This document shows positions 10,484 through 22,364 of a stretch of 64,000 bases of DNA, in pieces. The DNA is taken from NCBI GenBank assembly GCA_000091205.1, contig AP006489.2. One strand, written 5' to 3'. The position numbers and the translations under genes are program-made. Numbering within the stretch: position 1 is the stretch's first letter; every line of letters starts with the position of its first letter. A model generated the notes under the pieces. It searched no databases and was not told the origin of the DNA. It saw only the letters and a list, made by a program, of their open reading frames with translations. This stretch comes from Cyanidioschyzon merolae (taxonomy: Eukaryota).

Positions 10484-12763
10484 TTACAATGACGTTCGCG
10501 AGTGCGGTAGAAGCAGCGCGTCCCGTAAGCACGCGGCACGCCACGCCGCCACCTGCGGAAACAGTTTGCTCACATGGGCGACAAAGTCCCGTGCCGTGCT
10601 CTCGCTCTCGAATACAAGGTCCAGCACCTGCGTAACATCCGAGCGCTGAATGAGCACACACCAGCCCTCATTGGTAGCAGACGTTGTCGGCTCGGGCTCG
10701 GTTAACTCCAGAATGTATTCGAGTGGAAGACCAAGTAGGGGCTGGAAGCCGCCACCTTCCAGCACCTCCCCTACGATGAGCATTTTGCTCTCGTTCTCGT
10801 CGGCCGCGCACAGGACACGCCTGCCCTCCAGTGAACAGTTAAAAACATCCGTCTGGGCTAGCGCCAAGGTCATCGTCTCCGCCGACTGTGTTGACCAGCG
10901 GCTCGGATCCGAACGCGCCAGATCGCACTTGTAAAGGGGCAGCAGGACGGCGTCCACGTCCGAGTAGGTATCGCTGTCGAGCGTTGCCTCGAGATACCCC
11001 AGAAAACAGGTCACCCGTTTGTATGCAGCGCTTGTCTCCGACGAATCAGCCGGTCGGGATGGGGTTCCAGTCTGTCTACGCGGCGCTTGAGCAGCTACAG
11101 CATGCGCTAGCATCCAGAGACTTGCGTCCGCGATCACATGCTCTCGACGCTGCACGCTGTCGAGCGCGTTCTCGTTCAGGGTGTTCGCTTCAGAGGGCGT
11201 CACCGACCCGAATCTCGATCGATAACGATCCCTGATGTGTTGGAGAAGATCATTGCACAGGCGCTGGCGGTCCTCCGCGTGAGCAAGCAGGCGTCCCAGA
11301 TCATTCGCGTAGGCTGGGTTCTGCTCCAGGCTGAGCTGGATATCCCCGATGCGTTCTCGGTAGAGCTGGACAATGGACGCATCGATTTGCGTGTGCTGTT
11401 CGGGGTCGTCAACTGCAAGGACAAGCCTCAATAAAACCATTTCAAGAGTGGTTGCTATACCACCCGCACCGTTGGTTTTCTCATCGAACACCGATCCCCA
11501 GAACGATCTCCCCGGGTCTAGCTGGATCCAGAGTTCGCCTTGGGGCACCGCTTCCAAGCGGTTGATGAGCGCCTCACGAGCCGCTATGCAAACGGGAACG
11601 CTCGCCGCATATGCCGTCAAGCATCGTAAACGAACGTGGTCAGCAATTCGATCAGCGTTCGAAGCACTTGCTTTGACGAAACGAGATAACAGCGCTGTAT
11701 AACGCTCGCTACGTACGAGAGTGGCGCAGCATTCAGAGCATACCAAGGCTGAGTGCCCACGTTCCAGAAAGAAAATGAAAAGTTGGACTGCGTCCGATAG
11801 CGTTAGATCCGAGCGATCACCATTCGCTGCTGCGACGAGCACCGGAGTCAGAAAATCGCTGCGCAACAGGTTCAAGAGCGTCAGCTGCACGAAAGGACCA
11901 GCCTGGTTCGCCAGTTCACCCAAGAACTCGTAGACGTCCTGGAGCTCGGCGGCTGCTCTCGCTTGATCCCCGTTGACGGAGACTGCCGCGATTGCAGCTT
12001 GTCCCAGATTGGCGATATAACGCCTAGAAAAACTATTTTTTTGCTCCATCTCTCGCGATAGAAAGCGATCGAGTGTCGGTGCATCTGCGCTTAAGCGGAC
12101 GAGTCCCAAGATCATACCATATGCTGCCGCACGCACCAGACGATCGTCGTTGTCCAGAAACTGTGTAGCAGCATTCAGGAGCGGGAAAGTGTTATCCTCT
12201 TCGCGAAAGACCAAGGGCAAAGAGGCAATGTCCAGGCGCAAGCAGACTGTGCGCAGGAGAGAGAGATAGCTCGGAAGGAGGTCCGAATCCACGTCAGCCT
12301 CTTTTCCTGTGGCAGAATGAGTAGCTTCCGTCTCTTGGAAAAGCGGTGCTGCCAGAACGACCTGACGTAGTGCGTCGTGCGCCAGCAGGTACGCCAACAG
12401 AAGCGGGTCGTGGATATTCCATAAAAGCATCGCTGCAGTCTGTAAAGCTTTGACACGGAGCGCTTGCTGCTTCGCATCGCCGGCTGGCTGAACAGCAAGC
12501 TCCAGAATGGCCGCCCAGCACTCGTTTTCCAGGAAAGCGGTGCGGCTTAGTTCTCGTTCTCGCGGCTCTGTCGACAGCACCAGTTCCACAAGCTCCCCGA
12601 GGGCGTCGAATCGAGCAACCACATCCATTTGACCCGCGTCCGAGACCAGCTGTGCGACTCGCTCTGCACGCTGAGCGACATTTTCCCGAGGTTGTAACCA
12701 GCTAGACCAGGAGCCACGCGGAGCTGCCTGCGCTCCCCTGGACTTGGTCGGTGTCATGTGCAC
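10484..12763 (-). CDS. CLEC16A: CLEC16A-like protein (FPL domain), 759 aa, single exon
   Basis: The N-terminal region aligns colinearly with human CLEC16A: ALQTAAMLLWNIHDPLLLAYLLAHDALRQVV...LLPSYLSLLRTVCLRLDIASLPLVF...FPLLNAATQFLDNDDRLVRAAAYGMILGLVRL against LQTLNILFENI...LYYLLSNNYVNSII...AYYISFLKTLSLKLNNHTVHFF...[32 protein letters not shown]. Confidence 0.8.
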   Translation of the reverse strand: MHMTPTKSRGAQAAPRGSWSSWLQPRENVAQRAERVAQLVSDAGQMDVVARFDALGELVELVLSTEPRERELSRTAFLENECWAAILELAVQPAGDAKQQALRVKALQTAAMLLWNIHDPLLLAYLLAHDALRQVVLAAPLFQETEATHSATGKEADVDSDLLPSYLSLLRTVCLRLDIASLPLVFREEDNTFPLLNAATQFLDNDDRLVRAAAYGMILGLVRLSADAPTLDRFLSREMEQKNSFSRRYIANLGQAAIAAVSVNGDQARAAAELQDVYEFLGELANQAGPFVQLTLLNLLRSDFLTPVLVAAANGDRSDLTLSDAVQLFIFFLERGHSALVCSECCATLVRSERYTALLSRFVKASASNADRIADHVRLRCLTAYAASVPVCIAAREALINRLEAVPQGELWIQLDPGRSFWGSVFDEKTNGAGGIATTLEMVLLRLVLAVDDPEQHTQIDASIVQLYRERIGDIQLSLEQNPAYANDLGRLLAHAEDRQRLCNDLLQHIRDRYRSRFGSVTPSEANTLNENALDSVQRREHVIADASLWMLAHAVAAQAPRRQTGTPSRPADSSETSAAYKRVTCFLGYLEATLDSDTYSDVDAVLLPLYKCDLARSDPSRWSTQSAETMTLALAQTDVFNCSLEGRRVLCAADENESKMLIVGEVLEGGGFQPLLGLPLEYILELTEPEPTTSATNEGWCVLIQRSDVTQVLDLVFESESTARDFVAHVSKLFPQVAAWRAACLRDALLLPHSRTSL

Positions 12764-14509
12764 CGAGCTATGTTTGCCTCTTGCGCTGGTCTGGGCGCGA
12801 AGCGAGCCCCGTTGAGCTTGGACGTCTCGAAGGCGTCACGATTGCTGTTGCTGTTGCTGCTGCTGGGAACGCAGTTCTCCCGAACGTCTCCAGGGGCAGT
12901 GGATACCAGCGACCGCTCAGTATCTGCCCCAGCGAGCGCTCAGCAGCGTCGCACGTCCGAAACGCTTGCGAACTTTTCTCTCGACTGGGCGCTGTTCGGA
13001 CTTTGCGCGTTCGCTTTCGCTGGGAGCGGGTGGAGGTGGCAGCCTAGTTTACACGGCGGCATGTAACGCTGGCGAGCACTCAAGCTGGACGCCCAGTCTT
13101 AGCACGTTGGGCGTCCAGCTCTTTTTTGATGGTTTCCAGGTAGCGGCGCTAGCGCTTCTTGGGCGTTCGCGCTTGCACCCGAGAGCGCCTGCGGCTGGGC
13201 GAGTGCTTCTTCGGACGTACCCTCCTGCTTGCCTGGCCTGGAACGATGCCACAAGTTGTGGATACCTGACGCAGGAACCCACCGGGGCCCTGTGCTGGGC
13301 TCGCATGGCAAGGCTACTCTGGAGACGCCCAGCGAAGCGTCAGTCGCCCGCTGCGGAACTAGAGTCGCGCGTGTAGCACGTGAAGACACCACGCTGGGGA
13401 CGCAGCCGTACGCTTGCACGGCCGTCTTGCAGTGAACCGCTGTTGAAGAGTTCCCGGGGGCGGCGCTTGCGCTGATCGTGCATAGAGCTGCGACTGACAA
13501 GCGATCCCAGACAGAGCGGCAGCAGTGGTGAGCGCTCACCGCCGCCCAGGCACGTATTGGCCCGTCACGCGTTCAGAACGTTTCCCTTGAATAGTGCGCA
13601 ACGGCTAGCTCGAATGACGGGACTAGGACGCTCTCGACCTCATCGGGAGCCTGGACGACGCTGTCGATTCTGGAAGGGCATAGTAATGAGGCTGGCGATT
13701 GCCCTGAGAGCGAACCTGGCATGACTGACTTGTGGTGAACGTTGCGCTCGTTTTTCGCCGCGCAGCATGCTTACGAAAGCTACATCCACGTGCCAGACGC
13801 ACCGACTTGTATAGACCGGTTGCAATCGTTGGTGAAATCTTCTGCCGATCGCTCACATGCATCTCACAAAACTATATCACCTGCAAAAAGCGTGATTGAT
13901 TGACGCTGCAAACAGCGCACGGGTCTCGGTCATCCAACGTGGACCGCGAAATAACCTCACAAATTGTCAATGGACGCTTACGTGAACAACGCATATCCCT
14001 GCAATGCGTGGTCACGAGTCGAGCAGGCAGCGCAGTGGGCCACGCGGAAGCGAATGCGCTCCCATCGCTCGTTCCCTGGCGATATGACCACATGACCAGC
14101 ACCTTTTTCGTTCTTCATATGTTTCCGTGTTTAACGTGCCGCATCTGAAGCGTTTTCCCTGAGACGACTTGGATCTGATGCGCAGGGACCTCGCACGACT
14201 TCGCCGCCGTGGAGTACCGACCAGAAGCGGCGCAGCGCATGAGTAGGCCATGCCGCGATTATGAAACTTTTTGTACAATCATGGATATTGTTCCTGAGGC
14301 CTCGAAGCACGTGCATCGAATACATGGCACATTCTAAACATCACAGTACAAAATTGTATGGCCGTCGGCGCGACGCGGACGCGTGTTCATACGCCGCAGC
14401 ACCTGGTCATCGCTTCTGTCGGATGATACGCTAGTCGACCGCGAAAGCTCCCGTATTGGCGCTCCGAACCTGCTACAATACGAGTTGCTCAGATAACCTA
14501 GTTCTGACC

Positions 14510-14863
14510 ATGAAGTACCTTGCTGCATATATGCTTCTCAAGTTGGGTGGAGCGGAGGAGGTTACTGCTGATGACATACGAAAAGTTGTCAGTGCTGCCG
14601 GCGCCGAGGTCGACGACGATCGAGTCGCTGCGCTACTCCAAGCGGTTAACGGACGATCCATCGACGAACTCGTCACTGAGGGCCGCTCTAAAATGGAGTC
14701 GGTTGCAGGGGTTGCTGTTGCGGCAGCGTCGGCAGCACCTGCGGCAGCCGCTGCTGGAGGCGGTGACAGCGGCGCTGCGGCAGCGTCAGCCGACAAAGGC
14801 GCAGCGAAAGAGGAACCCAAAGAGGAAAGCGACGAGGACCTTGGCTTTGGTTTGTTCGATTAA
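14510..14863 (+). CDS. RPLP2: 60S acidic ribosomal protein P2
   Basis: The protein runs [14 protein letters not shown]...(Ala/Gly hinge)...[18 protein letters not shown]-stop, which are the hallmark P-protein N- and C-termini. The ORF-track start at 14456 lies upstream of the true Met at 14510. Confidence 0.85.
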   Translation: MKYLAAYMLLKLGGAEEVTADDIRKVVSAAGAEVDDDRVAALLQAVNGRSIDELVTEGRSKMESVAGVAVAAASAAPAAAAAGGGDSGAAAASADKGAAKEEPKEESDEDLGFGLFD

Positions 14864-15343
14864 ACAGTTTGTTGTGAACGTCATCGTTGAAACTGTGCTG
14901 AACCTCACTAGCCTGGAGACGTTTTGAGGAGCGTTCGGCTCTGGCTTGCACGCGGAGCAACGGCGACGTTTCGCAAGGCACTGGGACCGCTGGCCTCCGT
15001 TTCGACCAAGCGTGCTACGGCGTCGTGGATGGCGTGCGCATGGCAACATTCATATGAATAGTTTACGGACTTGCTGGTGCGTTAGGCAAGATGAGGGTGT
15101 GCGGGCTTTCTTTGACGCTTCGTTGGAAGACGAATACATTCGCAGAGAAAGCTGCAAGTCGTTCGCGCCATCAGGTCGACGCTGCGGCCTGGTCGAAGAG
15201 ATGCGACCGGACAGCCATGCAACTGAACTGCACCAGCGGTTCCGCAGCACCCTTACCGCCAATGCAGATAGGGTGCCAGGCTTCTCGACGTCTATCGTTT
15301 GCAGGTGACGCATTGCCAATGCACCGCACAACGGAACCAGACA

Positions 15344-16228
15344 CTATAAACGATGCCGGTGCATCTTCAAGCGCCGTTTGGCAAGTTCCATACCCCACGG
15401 CCGATGCGTACACCAGAAACCATCGCCGGGTGCCCGCGGGATAACATGCACGTGCACGTGGGGCACGCTCTGACCAGCGCAACGCCCGTTATTGACGCCG
15501 ATGTTGTATCCGAAACGCTCCTGGGAGGAAACCGACGCTTCTACGCGCGTCACTGGTTCCTCTGTCGGTTCTCGTGCGCTCATTCGTTCAGAAAACGTTA
15601 GTCGGCTCGCGTCGGAAACCCGTCGGGTGAGGTAGACTTCACGAAGCACGACCTGGGCGACGTGGCGTGCCTGCGTAAACAACTCCGCGAGTTCCGACTC
15701 TGTGAGCGCGTCCATACTCGAAACGTGTCTCCGCGATATGACTAAACAGTGCCCGAGCGTCACAGGTGTCCGGTCCAGAATCGTAAGCGTTCGCGCACTC
15801 GCGTGCAGTGCAACGCAGTTCTCCAGAGTCAGGCAGCAGAACACACAGTCGACTTTCGAGGAGGAGTAGCTGTCTTCGGTGCTTAAGTCAATGTCGCCGC
15901 CGTCCGCTTGGTGCTGCAGTGCAACACGAATTCGGTGGACAAGGTTTTCATCGAGCAGCGGCCGCGGTTTCGTTCGGTCCCGCATCAGTCTTCCTAGACG
16001 CGAACAAACTGGCGGCGTGCTGTCGACCTCTGAACCAGTCGCAGCTGGCAGCGCCAAGCGCTGGAGATTTGCGCCGCAGCCCGGAATCGCACGAGATCCC
16101 CAGGCATGCGCTGGGCGTCTGCAGCTGGAGCGCAAGTCTGGGCTCCACGGAACGTTCAAGGCACTGGGGTTGCATGTGGTGGTGGTGGTGGTGGTGGTGG
16201 TTACCGACTGGTAGCAGGCGTGCAACAA
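15344..16228 (-). CDS. HIT-family (histidine triad) nucleotide hydrolase; N-terminal 130 aa of the ORF probably not coding, or separated by an intron
   Basis: Motifs DCVFCC...TPVTLGHCLVISRRHV...FGYNIGVNNGRCAGQSVPHVHVHVIPR match the HIT signature (CxFC start, HxHxHxx). An internal insertion of about 35 aa is present, and the (ACC)n tract at 16176..16200 encodes poly-Thr in the extended frame. Confidence 0.5.
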   Translation of the reverse strand: MLHACYQSVTTTTTTTTTCNPSALNVPWSPDLRSSCRRPAHAWGSRAIPGCGANLQRLALPAATGSEVDSTPPVCSRLGRLMRDRTKPRPLLDENLVHRIRVALQHQADGGDIDLSTEDSYSSSKVDCVFCCLTLENCVALHASARTLTILDRTPVTLGHCLVISRRHVSSMDALTESELAELFTQARHVAQVVLREVYLTRRVSDASRLTFSERMSAREPTEEPVTRVEASVSSQERFGYNIGVNNGRCAGQSVPHVHVHVIPRAPGDGFWCTHRPWGMELAKRRLKMHRHRL

Positions 16229-16500
16229 GTCCCGCGCCTTTCAGGTATGAATCATGTTGGAAGCGTGTCACGCTGCGTCACGCTTGAATGGACAGACGAT
16301 TCATGATGCGTCTTCAAGTGCGAACGATGGCACTCCTGCTCTGGCGTATAGCACGAGATCGGAATCACGATGCAATGTATTGTACAGATTGTAGACGAGT
16401 TGCTTCTAGGATGTATACGCTTTACGGAACAGTGCAAGGAGGACTGCAAGAATGCTTCAGGTCAGTCATAAAACAGTACGCAGATGATTTAGGAACTCTG

Positions 16501-16530
16501 AAAGAAAGAAAGAAAGAAAGAAAGAAAGAA
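16501..16530. repeat. (AAAG)n microsatellite; (TGG)n at 16176..16200 and a poly-G run at 16651..16661 lie nearby
   Basis: The runs are visible directly. Confidence 0.9.
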
Positions 16531-16949
16531 GTGTGTGCGATCGGCACCAGAAACTGGTATTGTGAAAGTGTGCCTGCGGTCAGTGGTAGAAGTAGCAGAA
16601 AACGACCCATTGATCACTCCAGGGAAAGCAAACGATACGATAGTAGACGCCGGGGGGGGGGGGTCTCTGTTTCTCAAAAGCTTGTTCTTTTTGTCCTGGT
16701 AACACGGGGCTCTGGTCACTAAAAAGCCCTAGTTCACGCACGGCTATCTTCCACCGAAATCGGAACTAGAGCGTTCCTGGAAAGTCACGACCCGTATGAA
16801 GCACGGACGTCGCTTTGCTTTTCCAGTTAATGAGACTCTCTTCGGACGAAACAGTCGTAGCGTCTATGGGTATTCGCGGAGCAGGGATCCCGTCGTAGGT
16901 ATACACGATCGTACTCGAAGAGAACGAGGGAATCATCATCTGTTCTAGG

Positions 16950-17350
16950 TGCAGTGGATTCATTTGGCAGGTCAGCTTTGGCTCGTAGAGAGGGTTCGTA
17001 CATCAGCACAAACCACTTTTTCGAAGACCTGAAGACTTCTCCCTGACGTCTGCCGACATGTTTCTATTGGAAAATTGTGGTATTTTACCGCTCTCTTTGC
17101 ATTCGAGCCTTTGCCGATTCTATCAGGGTAGAGCTGCTTTTCAATCCTGCGTACGCTTCGTGGTTGAATCCCGTTGAAGGAGTCGTTTCTATCGTGAAAC
17201 GCCATGGTCGCTGCACTGGGCGAATTGATGAAGCGTTCAGCATACGACGACACACGGGCGCACATCTCGACTTTCTTCCGCAAGTCCTTCTCGCCTCGCG
17301 AAGGTCCGAACCTGCGGCTTGCAACAGGTCCGTTCATTCGACGAAATAAA
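16950..17350 (+). mobile_element. Tc1/mariner (IS630-like DDE) transposase remnant
   Basis: ORF 17077..17349 reads ...AFADSIRVELLFNPAYASWLNPVEGVVSIVKR, matching the C-terminal signature of DDE_3 transposases (H-x-A...L-x-F-PPYSPDLNPIE-x-W). An upstream LLENCGILP is a possible frameshifted QxDNAxxH remnant. Confidence 0.45.
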
Positions 17351-17510
17351 GAATCCCATGGAGCGGTATGTGCACGCAAGTCGAGGATCCTGAAGCGCTG
17401 TTACCGCCGGATGCCGAAAGAAAACGACAAAATCCTCTTCTCGCCGACCATGGAGCGAAGCAGACCAAATGACGAAAAAGAAGAAGAACGGTTGAGATAG
17501 GCCAGAAAAC

Positions 17511-17807
17511 GTGTCCGCCCGACGGGACGATCACGAGACTTTGGTGACACCGAGGACACGAGTTGAACGAAGCCCTGCATTGGCGCGTACCACCAGAGGC
17601 AGTTCACGCGAGACGTTCACGAACCGAGGCGTTAACGCCACCATTAATATCAGACGTTGTGCGGTGCGGAATACGAGACCTGAGAAGTTTAGGCGATCTA
17701 ACTTTGTGGAGCAGCCTCTCAGGGTCGAAGTGTGCATGGAGAAGCTGAAGCCGATAGCACGCGCCCCGTCGAAAAAGGCTGAGAGACGTCTCCACATCAG
17801 GGGTTAG
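17511..17807 (+). mobile_element. TnpB/Fanzor-like C-terminal fragment
   Basis: ...TFTNRGVNATINIRRCAVRNTRPEKFRRSNFVEQPLRVEVCMEKLKPIARAPSKKAERRL aligns with 51624..51887 (MEFMNLDFNAAINIRRSAILKTGPAELTRANFVGQPVKVEFYKEQPKPISLEQSKKARRRL) and with 31676..31308 on the minus strand. Confidence 0.5.
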
Positions 17808-18812
17808 ATATTCAGTCTATGGATGTCAAAATCATAGCGTGTAATGGCGAAACAATCTTGTCGGCATTGGCGAGTTGGGATGAGGATCCGGTTCAGGGTA
17901 CGTTCAGCTCGACAACGCTGGACGAGTAACGGAACGTGTAAGTGAGCGCCAGTTTTCGCGGTGTATTCGGGTTATGCGGACGTGGACGCGCCACAAAGCT
18001 CACATGCACGTCGTCCCGTGCGCTATGATGCAGCAAAAGCACCATGTAAGGATGTCAACGGCGGACTAGGTCTGTCGCCGTACACTCTTCTGTGCAGGTT
18101 CGACTTGTGGCGGCGTCTCCGCTACGACAAATCAGTGACCGATTCGACTCCGTAGATCGGCACTGGTAACGTAGCTTTTGAAACAGGCCACTTTCTCAGA
18201 CCATCATGATGTACTGAGCGTTGACGAGCCGTCAGCGTGCCCACTCGAAATGAGGGACCAGTCAACCGGGCACCATGGCATCCACGCGACGCATTCCGCA
18301 TCGTGCCGTATTCCTGGCGGCGTTGGGCGTTCAGACACCTACACGACTTCATGTGCAGCGGTTTTACATATTCGTTTCGCGGATATGACGCACTGGAGTC
18401 GTCTGAGCTGCGTGCAGGTTCCGGTCGTCAGTGCCGCCTGACTCGAATTCAACAGTCCAGTGGTCTCGTACTAGGGAGCGCGTCCGCGCTCGTCTCGTGA
18501 CGACCTGCGGCATACGCAACGTCGACGTCGAGGGAAAAGCCCCAAACAAAGCTGCTACTTCAGGGCTCTGATATCGTGGCGCGCGGAAAGAAACGATATG
18601 AGTTTCACCATACGCCCTTGACCCTGGTAGGATTCCTGGTACCAGCACAACTAGCGACAGCATGCGTAGTTGCACGATTCGTAGCAACTGTTGCTCGAAC
18701 AGCATTCATCGTCGTCGAACGCCCGGTAGTAGTCACCGCAGCAGCACTCAGCGTAGTCGTTGTAGCAGGATATATAGTTGTGTGCTCGGCATCGGAAAAT
18801 CGGCGTGTGCTG

Positions 18813-20888
18813 CTAGCGCTCTAAATCAAAGAGAAGCCTCATGATTCGCTGCACTTGCTGGCGGGCTGTGCTCGCGGTAGCTCCCTGTTCCGCGTAGTGT
18901 CGCTCGAGTCGATGCATCGCATCAGGATCAAGGTGGATACCTTCGGCGCTCACAATGGCGAGGCACTCGGCCAAGGCCGGCCATAGAACAGCAGGAGCCT
19001 TGCAATGGGCACGAATCAGGGCACGAACGCCAATGTGGCTCGGGAGCACTGTCGTAGCTGCAATTTCGCCGTTTGCGAACACATGAAACAAGTCTAGCGC
19101 GGTACGAGCACGGTGCGTTCGGTCACTAGCAACGAGCAACGCATCTAGTATCGAGCGAAGCATCTGTGGTGTCAGTTTCTCTTGAATGGTCTCGTTCCTA
19201 CGCACATAGGTCTCGTAGATGGTAAAGGCGTAGTCCGCAAGACGCACCGCACGAGCGTTGTACGCGAGACCCCGGATTGCCGGAACGACGAGGCGCTGGG
19301 CATCTGGTAGGGTCCCTCGCAGGATCTGCAGCACTTGTGCGCCCTTGCCGTTGTAGGCAAACGCTTCAACCTCGGCGATGGGCAGAGCTTCCCGCGCTGG
19401 CGCTGGGCCGCGTTCTGAATCGGGGAGGGCGCTCCACCTGGACTGAATGCGAGGCAAGAACCGATCCGCAAGGCTAAAGAATTCCCTCCAAGAATGCCTT
19501 GATGCGTCAGGAAGTGATGACGGTCTCCAACGCGGATCTAGTCCACGAAAAAGAACCCGAAACGTGAAAGCGTCGGGTACGAGCCTTGCGAACCCTGCGT
19601 CATGCCTCGTCTCTTTGCCTAAGGCATACGGGCTAGGAACCCAGCGATCGTAAAACCCAAGCATTTCCTCAGTGCAGCCTCGGGTGCCGAGAAACTCCAG
19701 CATGATGTTCAATGTGCCTCTGTCTGGCTCTATTTGCCATTCCCGGCGGATACGCTCGAGAAAGCGTTCCAAGAAGCCTAACGGTTCGTCCTCGGTGATC
19801 GGATGCGGAAGCTGCCGACGCCGCCACGTCGGATAGAAAGGACCCCCTCGAGGTCCATTGCAGAGCCCGTCGAGCACCGTATTCAGGAGAACGATATCGG
19901 GACTACATTGATATCGCCGGCAAACGTCGAAGCACTCGTCCAGGTCCTGCGGCCAGCGCAGATACCCCAGCGCTTGAACACGACACTTCCACAGAGCGCT
20001 GTAGACCCCAAGGGAGAGTGCGGGAGCTGCTGCGTAGACCTGCTCCAGCGTGCGATACAGCCGGGTAACGGTCTCGGGTCGAAGCCAGCGGATCCATGGC
20101 GTCCAGCTGGCAAGCGCTTTCGCAAACGCGAGCTTGTCTGTTGGCTGTAATGCGCTCACGTCCCCAAAAGCGCTCGTACACCATTCGACGATATCCGAGA
20201 GCAGAGCCCCCGTCTGGCGATCATGTGGGACACTGGGCCAGGAAGCAAGCTTTGTCCGCACTGCAGCAGCGATCAGCGGGGCACGTCGATTCGCGTCGGG
20301 AGACCGGTTCTTCTCCCCAAACGGAACGCTTTCTGCCTGGCTGTGTCGAAGTGCTGCATGAAGGCTCTGGATGGTGTCGGAGTCTCGGATGGCTTGCAGC
20401 GCTCGGTGCAGGTCTGTAGCGCAGGAGTCCGGAGTATCCGCCGCTATCAGTGCCGCCTTCCGCAGTGCAGCACTGGCAAGCTCATTCGCCGACAGCGGCT
20501 GTTGTGAATGGCTGGAAACCAGACGACGACGACGACCTGGAGCATGTGTATGGAATCCGTCCAAAGTCGCTGCGTGTAGTTCAACGGCGCCGCTCTTCGA
20601 CAGCAGCTCCGGGTGCACCTGCAGTCCGCAGTTCGACAGCCAACAGCTAGCACGCTGTGGGCTCAAGGCACTACATGTCCCCGGTATTCGCTGGTAGTAC
20701 GGTTTCCAGTTAATGAAAGTAAAGTCCAGCGTGTGCAGTCGCAAACGAGCAGAAGAACGGTGCAGTTGCAACGCTTTCCCCAGCATATCGACGTCGACGT
20801 TGGAAGCAGTCGTTTCCGTGCCTCTAAAACTGTGAAACGCTGGGTTACCACTTGATGGCTCAAGACAGCGCTCTCTGCTTACTGCCAC
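18813..20888 (-). CDS. Helical-repeat (PPR-like) protein, 691 aa
   Basis: Several roughly 35-aa units resemble pentatricopeptide repeats, for example SPDIVLLNTVLDGLCNGPRGG, PDRGTLNIMLEFLGTRGCTEEMLGFYDRW and DAFTFRVLFRGL. No other domain is recognised. Confidence 0.4.
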   Translation of the reverse strand: MAVSRERCLEPSSGNPAFHSFRGTETTASNVDVDMLGKALQLHRSSARLRLHTLDFTFINWKPYYQRIPGTCSALSPQRASCWLSNCGLQVHPELLSKSGAVELHAATLDGFHTHAPGRRRRLVSSHSQQPLSANELASAALRKAALIAADTPDSCATDLHRALQAIRDSDTIQSLHAALRHSQAESVPFGEKNRSPDANRRAPLIAAAVRTKLASWPSVPHDRQTGALLSDIVEWCTSAFGDVSALQPTDKLAFAKALASWTPWIRWLRPETVTRLYRTLEQVYAAAPALSLGVYSALWKCRVQALGYLRWPQDLDECFDVCRRYQCSPDIVLLNTVLDGLCNGPRGGPFYPTWRRRQLPHPITEDEPLGFLERFLERIRREWQIEPDRGTLNIMLEFLGTRGCTEEMLGFYDRWVPSPYALGKETRHDAGFARLVPDAFTFRVLFRGLDPRWRPSSLPDASRHSWREFFSLADRFLPRIQSRWSALPDSERGPAPAREALPIAEVEAFAYNGKGAQVLQILRGTLPDAQRLVVPAIRGLAYNARAVRLADYAFTIYETYVRRNETIQEKLTPQMLRSILDALLVASDRTHRARTALDLFHVFANGEIAATTVLPSHIGVRALIRAHCKAPAVLWPALAECLAIVSAEGIHLDPDAMHRLERHYAEQGATASTARQQVQRIMRLLFDLER

Positions 20889-22364
20889 GGCCAGTCCAGG
20901 GGCAACGTTCCAAGCGGGACTTTTGTTTCTGCGGCTGTTCCAAAAGCCATGAAAGGAGAGTATCCAGTGGAGCTCGCAAATGAACGCATTGGCAGCGCGT
21001 CGTTCGTACCAACGAGGCCGAGCGCCACCAGCGACAACGTGTTGCTGCTCCTGAGACCGTGTGTTCGTGCTGCTGTTATTGTGCCTGGCAATGTAGCTGT
21101 TGCGGTGTCCAGCGACCTGGTGGTTGCATGGACCGAATGCGGTTAGCGGAAGCGCCAGGGTCCGGCTGCTGGGCTGCGGTGCACAAGACGAACCGGCCGA
21201 CTCGCTCGAGACTCGCGAGACGCGCTATTGCACCTGAAGTTGCTCCTACAGCACGGCAAACTTTACAAGACTCCCTGAGAGCGGTATCGTGTACTGGTGA
21301 AAGAGCAGCCAACTGCTGGTGCCGGGTCTAGCAGAGGCAGCGCTGAGCCCCTGTTGATGTGCGCGCCGCTTTTGAACACGGGAATCGTCCGTTAAGGCAC
21401 TCATGGAGAAGGGGCACCTGCTCCCCATCGCGTCCCACTGCTGGAACTTGAACCGCCATCGACCGACATTGCTGCGTCCCTAGCACGCTTTGTGTCCAGT
21501 TGCTTGTTCAGGGTAGCTTGCTACCGCAGCAGAATAGAACCTTCAGTCGGGAGCAGGTTTCCAGGTTGCGTCATTTTGGCTCACGCTTTCCCTAGCGTTC
21601 AGAACGCTGCAGCATCCCGTTGCTTGCCCCGCACGTACTGTGAAAGTATCACTCTCCGATGAAGGCATTGGTGCTTTCCAGGGCGCAAGGAGCTTTGGTG
21701 GGGTTCCATTCCCGCAGATGATACGGGAAGAGTCTCCATACACTTGAGGGAAAGAAGCGGCAGTCACCGTGGTCGAGGTCAGCGCCTCGATAGAGTCCTC
21801 GTATCCGAACGCGGAGCGTGCGATGCACCGCCCCGCCCCAAGGAAACGAATACGTTGGACCTGTTTTTCCATGGGCCACCTCGATGTGTCGTTTGTCCCG
21901 CATGCATGGTATCGCTCGCTCATGGGCGGGTGCACTGTCCACTGATATCTTCGCTGCACCGCAAACAAACAGCCCGCTGGCGTGATGTCCATAGCGGTCC
22001 GATGAACGCCAGCACAGCCAAGAGTGCACCGTTTCTGTGGCGTGTGTGTGTGTGTGTGCGTAATCGAAACAACAAACCGAGCGCTATCGGGTGCACGGAG
22101 CCTACCTGCTGCCGAAACATAATCCCCTACTCAGCTGCCGCCCGTTGTATGCTCTAGCCCTATACCGGTGCTCTTTGTTGAAATGAGACGCACCGGTACC
22201 GTGAGCATCGAGTCAGCGTTCCGGTGAATGCTCACCATAGCAACAGACTACGTCTCTAGTTTTGCAGGTAGCGCAGCGTTCGTCCGAGCAGAGAGTGCGC
22301 CCTCTCTGAACACCAACTTTGTCTTTTCCAGCCGCGGGGTGCGTCCCGTTCGGTTTTTTTAGTG

